Source: Candidatus Falkowbacteria bacterium (GTDB lineage Bacteria; Patescibacteriota; Patescibacteriia; UBA11705). From it: a stretch of DNA of 64,000 nucleotides. The notes beneath the pieces are model-generated. The model was not told the DNA's origin and did no database searches. It worked only from the letters and a program-made list of their open reading frames with translations. Location of the stretch: positions 170,137 through 234,136 of the forward strand of contig DOZJ01000002.1 in NCBI GenBank assembly GCA_003518055.1, given 5' to 3'. Positions 60,177-64,000 of the stretch are shown here, in pieces. The translations under genes were made by a program, and so were the position numbers. Position 1 is the first letter of the stretch. Every line of letters begins with the position of its first letter.

Positions 60177-60704
60177 TTATTCATTTAAATTAATAAAACG
60201 TTCGGACCACAGTTTTAACTCTTCAAATATTTTGTCCGTAAAGTTATCTCTTTTGAATTTAAATATAGCTTTGGCATTTCTCATGCAATATTTTAATTGA
60301 TCTTCGTTATTTTGATTCAAATACCAGCTGAAACTGTCTAGAATATCAGCGGTTTTTATGATCAGAGCATCTTGGCCGGTAGCCGCGCACCGTGAGATTA
60401 ATTCATTGGTTTTTTCTTGTTTATCCGTGATCGCATCGTCTTTGGTATTGGCCAAAACCAATTGCAGCACGTCTGGGCCAAATTCTTTTTCCACTTCGTC
60501 TTTGGTCACGTCTGACCATTCAATAACGTCATGCAACAATCCGGCCAAAACAATGTTTTCGGTATAACCGTTTTGATAGAGATAAACTCCGACTCGGATA
60601 TCGTGAAATAACACCGGTTTGCGGCTGTTTTCAGCTGAGGGCGGGAAGTGGGCGACCATGAATCTGACGGCTTTTTCAAATTTAAGGTTGGCTTCTATCG
60701 TCAT
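60177..60704 (-). CDS. HD_4 / Mesh1-like (small alarmone hydrolase-like) protein
   Basis: KPVLFH, AGLLHDVIE, FGPDV, IIKTAD. Confidence 0.75.
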   Translation of the reverse strand: MTIEANLKFEKAVRFMVAHFPPSAENSRKPVLFHDIRVGVYLYQNGYTENIVLAGLLHDVIEWSDVTKDEVEKEFGPDVLQLVLANTKDDAITDKQEKTNELISRCAATGQDALIIKTADILDSFSWYLNQNNEDQLKYCMRNAKAIFKFKRDNFTDKIFEELKLWSERFINLNE

Positions 60705-60732
60705 AGATATAGTGAGATTATTTTTTTTTGGA

Positions 60733-62067
60733 TTAGACGTTTTGAGTTTCTTCTGGTAATCTGATGTCTTTCATTTTTTCGTCTAAAATAGATATGAAAG
60801 TTTTACCGTGTGGCAGCTGTAATACTTTTCTTTCTAATTCCTCAACTTCGTTCATAATAGGCGAATCAGAACTATTTTCATCGGGCACAATTCCAGCAAA
60901 ATTTTTACCAAAAGAAGCCATTGTTCTGTCGCTATCCCGAAGAGCAGTTGTAACCCGAAGTTCATTTGTCGGAACTACCTTTTTATCATGTTCCTGTGCG
61001 TATTCGGCCAGATCGTTCATGAACTGGTTATCCTCACCGATATTGGTATCAAGAAAACCGCCGATAGCGGCAGATTCAAGACTTTTGCTCACCATATGCG
61101 CGCCACCAATGGAAAAATCAAACAACGTTTCAGCTTTTGGATCATTTGGATTAAGTAAAAATCTGATCAAATATTTTCGTTTCATTGCAAGAATTAAATT
61201 GTGTAACTGTTCTTCGAGTGAAATTTCTTCTTTGTCGTCCATGGTATCAGGATTAAATTCATAAGTGACCTCACCGATAACCTCAACCATCTCGGGATTG
61301 TCTTTACAAAGTTCTGTTAATTTTGAGAGGTAGTGATCGTCCGATAGGTTGGTATCCGCGTCTATCTGTATTACCACACCATTCTTGCCGTTTTCGTAAA
61401 ATCTGCTGCTGGCTTCAGCTAAACCGCGGTTCCGTGCCCGCCCAACATTGCAATCTTGTATTTCATTTCCTTTTGAACTTTTATCAATCACCAAAACATT
61501 TAAATCAGAAATATTTTTAAGTAATTGAATGATTATCTGATTTTGTTTGCGCACGGTGTCATCGCTCACAACATCGTTATTTACCACATAAATTATTTCA
61601 AACTGTGCCTTTAAAATCCCTTTTTGGTGTCTGAAAGAATCGAGCTGCCTTAATACGCGATCCGATTTCTCATCGTACACTGGAATTACAAACACAAATT
61701 CACACATCGGATCTTGCGGTTTATCTATACGTTTCTCGTTTTTAAGCCGTTCAGCCCAATAATCTTTGGCGCGATCTTCTGCTGTTCGTGTGACTTGATT
61801 TTCTGCTCTTGCCGCAAGAATAGAGTCTGGCGTTCCAGAACCTTCGCCGGTATAAAAGGTATAGGTACCATCTTTTTCCCTTGCTATGTTCCATTCCACT
61901 GAGCGTATTTGCCCATTTATTCTCGCCCCTAGCTGTAAAGTGTCTATTTTTTTCAATTCTAATTTTGTTATTCCTAGTTCTATCAACTCCCGCAATAAAT
62001 CATCAGGGATATTATTATATGCCTTTGTCGGTTCTCGTCGTTCTATAAATAATGCCTCTTTTGACAT
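60733..62067 (-). CDS. Glycosyltransferase family 2 with N-terminal extension
   Basis: VIPVYDE, VVNN, GRARNRG, IDADT, GED. Confidence 0.75.
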   Translation of the reverse strand: MSKEALFIERREPTKAYNNIPDDLLRELIELGITKLELKKIDTLQLGARINGQIRSVEWNIAREKDGTYTFYTGEGSGTPDSILAARAENQVTRTAEDRAKDYWAERLKNEKRIDKPQDPMCEFVFVIPVYDEKSDRVLRQLDSFRHQKGILKAQFEIIYVVNNDVVSDDTVRKQNQIIIQLLKNISDLNVLVIDKSSKGNEIQDCNVGRARNRGLAEASSRFYENGKNGVVIQIDADTNLSDDHYLSKLTELCKDNPEMVEVIGEVTYEFNPDTMDDKEEISLEEQLHNLILAMKRKYLIRFLLNPNDPKAETLFDFSIGGAHMVSKSLESAAIGGFLDTNIGEDNQFMNDLAEYAQEHDKKVVPTNELRVTTALRDSDRTMASFGKNFAGIVPDENSSDSPIMNEVEELERKVLQLPHGKTFISILDEKMKDIRLPEETQNV

Positions 62068-62109
62068 ATTACAGGTGAATTTAAAAAATAATTATTATTA
62101 TATAACTTT

Positions 62110-62475
62110 TTAATTTAATATTTCTGTCAGATCCGCCGGTTGAAAATCCGAGCCTTTAACGATTTTGTATTCATGAAAAGTCTTGGTCATGTTTGATCTA
62201 TGAACCTCGTCGAATACAGCCGTCATTTTATCTTGCAATCCATGCTCCAAAATCGCTCCGTATACTGTGTAGAGGATGTCGGCAAGTTCTTTGGCAATAT
62301 TCTCAAGATTATTTTCTTTTGCTCCGGCCAAATATTCTTCTACTTCCTCCGCCATTAAGCGGTGCCTTAGGTCATATCTGTCGGGGGCGATAATTGTTGG
62401 CGTTGATGCCACCGGCACTCGGAATTTCTGATGAAATTGCTTGACCATTTCAAGCTGTGACTTGATGGCCATCAT
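62110..62475 (-). CDS. MazG-like/PRA-PH nucleotide pyrophosphohydrolase
   Basis: LMAEEVEE, KELADILY, EVHRSNMTK. Confidence 0.85.
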   Translation of the reverse strand: MMAIKSQLEMVKQFHQKFRVPVASTPTIIAPDRYDLRHRLMAEEVEEYLAGAKENNLENIAKELADILYTVYGAILEHGLQDKMTAVFDEVHRSNMTKTFHEYKIVKGSDFQPADLTEILN

Positions 62476-63080
62476 ATGTTTGGACCGATTTCTGTTCTTA
62501 GAGATCTATGATCTGATTTTGAGATCAGTCCAGCCGCTTCGGCCTGTTCCAAAAACTCAGCTATGTTTGAATATGTATCTTTTTTATTTGGCATGTCAAT
62601 GAGTATGGCCAATTCGTCCAGCTGGTCGGCAAACCTTTTTCGAATTTGGGCGTGATACTTAATACAATTGCGCCAGTCTTTTTTCAGCTTGATTCGGATT
62701 TCCTTCCCATTTTTTTCAAAGGCCGCGAGGCCTACCAGCGCGCCATCAGAAAAACGGCCGTCAGATTTTTTTTTGAACTCATCTAGGAGTAATAATCGTT
62801 CTAGTGGATCATTTGGCAGGCTGCGTCTCACAGCAAGCGCCATCTTTTCTTCTTGGCTGACTAAAATTTCCTCTGGCGGAGGGTCAGGTTCGTCATACAT
62901 TGACCGGTTATAATCCGGATCGTCATTTTCTGTTGGTTGAGCTTCTCGTTGCTCCGGCGACCGCTCAAATAATTTTTCCATTTCTTGAGCCAAATTCGAA
63001 TTGAATCTATAAATAATGAGGTCGACCTCCCTTTTTTCTGTTTGAGCCTCTGGGATTTCATTAACCATAGGTTTTACCAT
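62472..63080 (-). CDS. Hypothetical protein
   Basis: 202-aa ORF coupled to the next gene by a 4-bp overlap. Confidence 0.6.
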   Translation of the reverse strand: MVKPMVNEIPEAQTEKREVDLIIYRFNSNLAQEMEKLFERSPEQREAQPTENDDPDYNRSMYDEPDPPPEEILVSQEEKMALAVRRSLPNDPLERLLLLDEFKKKSDGRFSDGALVGLAAFEKNGKEIRIKLKKDWRNCIKYHAQIRKRFADQLDELAILIDMPNKKDTYSNIAEFLEQAEAAGLISKSDHRSLRTEIGPNI

Positions 63081-63170
63081 AGGATTAATTGTTATTATGT
63101 AACCAAGTTTAGTGAGAAGTATCTTGATCTATAAAATTTTATTTCAGGCTAAGTTTTTCTTGGGGCTTGT

Positions 63171-63488
63171 TTATTCAGCCGGCAAATATATTTTTGCATT
63201 GGCATGAATTTGCGCCAAAAGTTCCTCGACGACATTCTGAGTAACGGTATTTTTAAATTCCCATGCATGATAACCGGGATCATTGGATCCGGAAGGATTT
63301 ACCCCGACTTGGTGGAAAACAATGAGGTCAGCGCTTTTGGCCACGATTTGAACAGCAATGTTGTATGCCATCACTTTGTCCCGATCGTTGCATTCAAATG
63401 CGATCATGAAATTTTTATCTCCTCGAGGCTCCACGATTCGTAATTCTACGGCCGGAGTTTCCTGCTTTGGCGTAAATTGTTCCGTCAT
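63171..63488 (-). CDS. Hypothetical protein
   Basis: 105-aa ORF co-oriented in the cluster. Confidence 0.6.
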   Translation of the reverse strand: MTEQFTPKQETPAVELRIVEPRGDKNFMIAFECNDRDKVMAYNIAVQIVAKSADLIVFHQVGVNPSGSNDPGYHAWEFKNTVTQNVVEELLAQIHANAKIYLPAE

Positions 63489-63553
63489 ATTTCGAGATTA
63501 TTTTTTTAGCCGCTTTTTTCATCAATAAATAATTAACTGAAATCAGAAATCCG

Positions 63554-64000
63554 TTATAATGTTATCACCGAGTCACACCCCGACAAGATTTCTTCTCGAT
63601 TTTCGGCGATCAAAATGGTATTGTTTTTGCCGATAATTTTTCTGAATATGTTGAGGAGCATCTCCGAATCCTTCAAGTGCAGCCCTCTAGACGGAGTGTC
63701 GAAAATATAAACCGATCGATCTCCCAGTTTTTTCGATAAAATATTGGCGATTCTGACTCTTTGCGCTTCGCCGCCGCTGAGCGTTCCTGATCTTTGCCCG
63801 AGGACCAAATAACCGAGACCAGCTTCCTGCAAAAACTGCAATTTGCGCCGGATTAGTGTGTTACCGCCGAATATTTCAATTGCCTCGTCAATGGTTAAAC
63901 CTAAAACTTCTTTGATGTTTTTTCCGTGAAACCGAACTTTTAATATTTCGGGATTAAATGTTTTTGTTCCATCCAAAATATCCTTGGTTATGACAAAAGC
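63554..64000 (-). CDS. C-terminus of UvrA-like ABC ATPase (partial, runs off window)
   Basis: GLGYLVLGQRSGTLSGGEAQR; frame open to 64000. Confidence 0.8.
   Translation of the reverse strand, partial: AFVITKDILDGTKTFNPEILKVRFHGKNIKEVLGLTIDEAIEIFGGNTLIRRKLQFLQEAGLGYLVLGQRSGTLSGGEAQRVRIANILSKKLGDRSVYIFDTPSRGLHLKDSEMLLNIFRKIIGKNNTILIAENREEILSGCDSVITL

Overview
This window looks like chromosomal DNA from a CPR/Patescibacteria (Parcubacteria, probably ABY1-like) bacterium using genetic code 11. That assignment is inferred from the S-layer repeat type, the VirB4/PrgI/VirB6 cluster, tRNA-Arg(GCG) and SD-less housekeeping genes. Contents in order: orphan minus-strand genes; a copper-efflux island (BlaI-like repressor, BlaR1/M56-like protease, HMA-DsbD-cupredoxin, CopZ, CopA, cupredoxin, DUF5676-like); TrmH, HD, cNMP, Fur, YrbG and GT4 genes; an ECF sigma/anti-sigma pair before a 1211-aa S-layer-like gene; a catalytically degenerate RAYT-like HUH protein; a lamin-tail/OB-fold surface protein; a T4SS-like cluster running into comF and murG; a P2A ATPase, divIC, a PrsA/SurA-like PPIase, rlpA, ftsEX, five tRNAs and recG; and a minus-strand UvrA-like/MazG/HD cluster. 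Best candidates for undescribed biology: (1) a BlaI/BlaR1-type proteolytic switch apparently wired to a copper operon through twin TACTAC-N5-GTAGTA operators; (2) tRNA-anchored palindromic elements that pair with the CCA end, plus inverted or duplicated tRNA fragments; (3) self-contained promoter-SD-ORF-terminator orphan units. All calls come from reading the sequence by eye, with no database searches.
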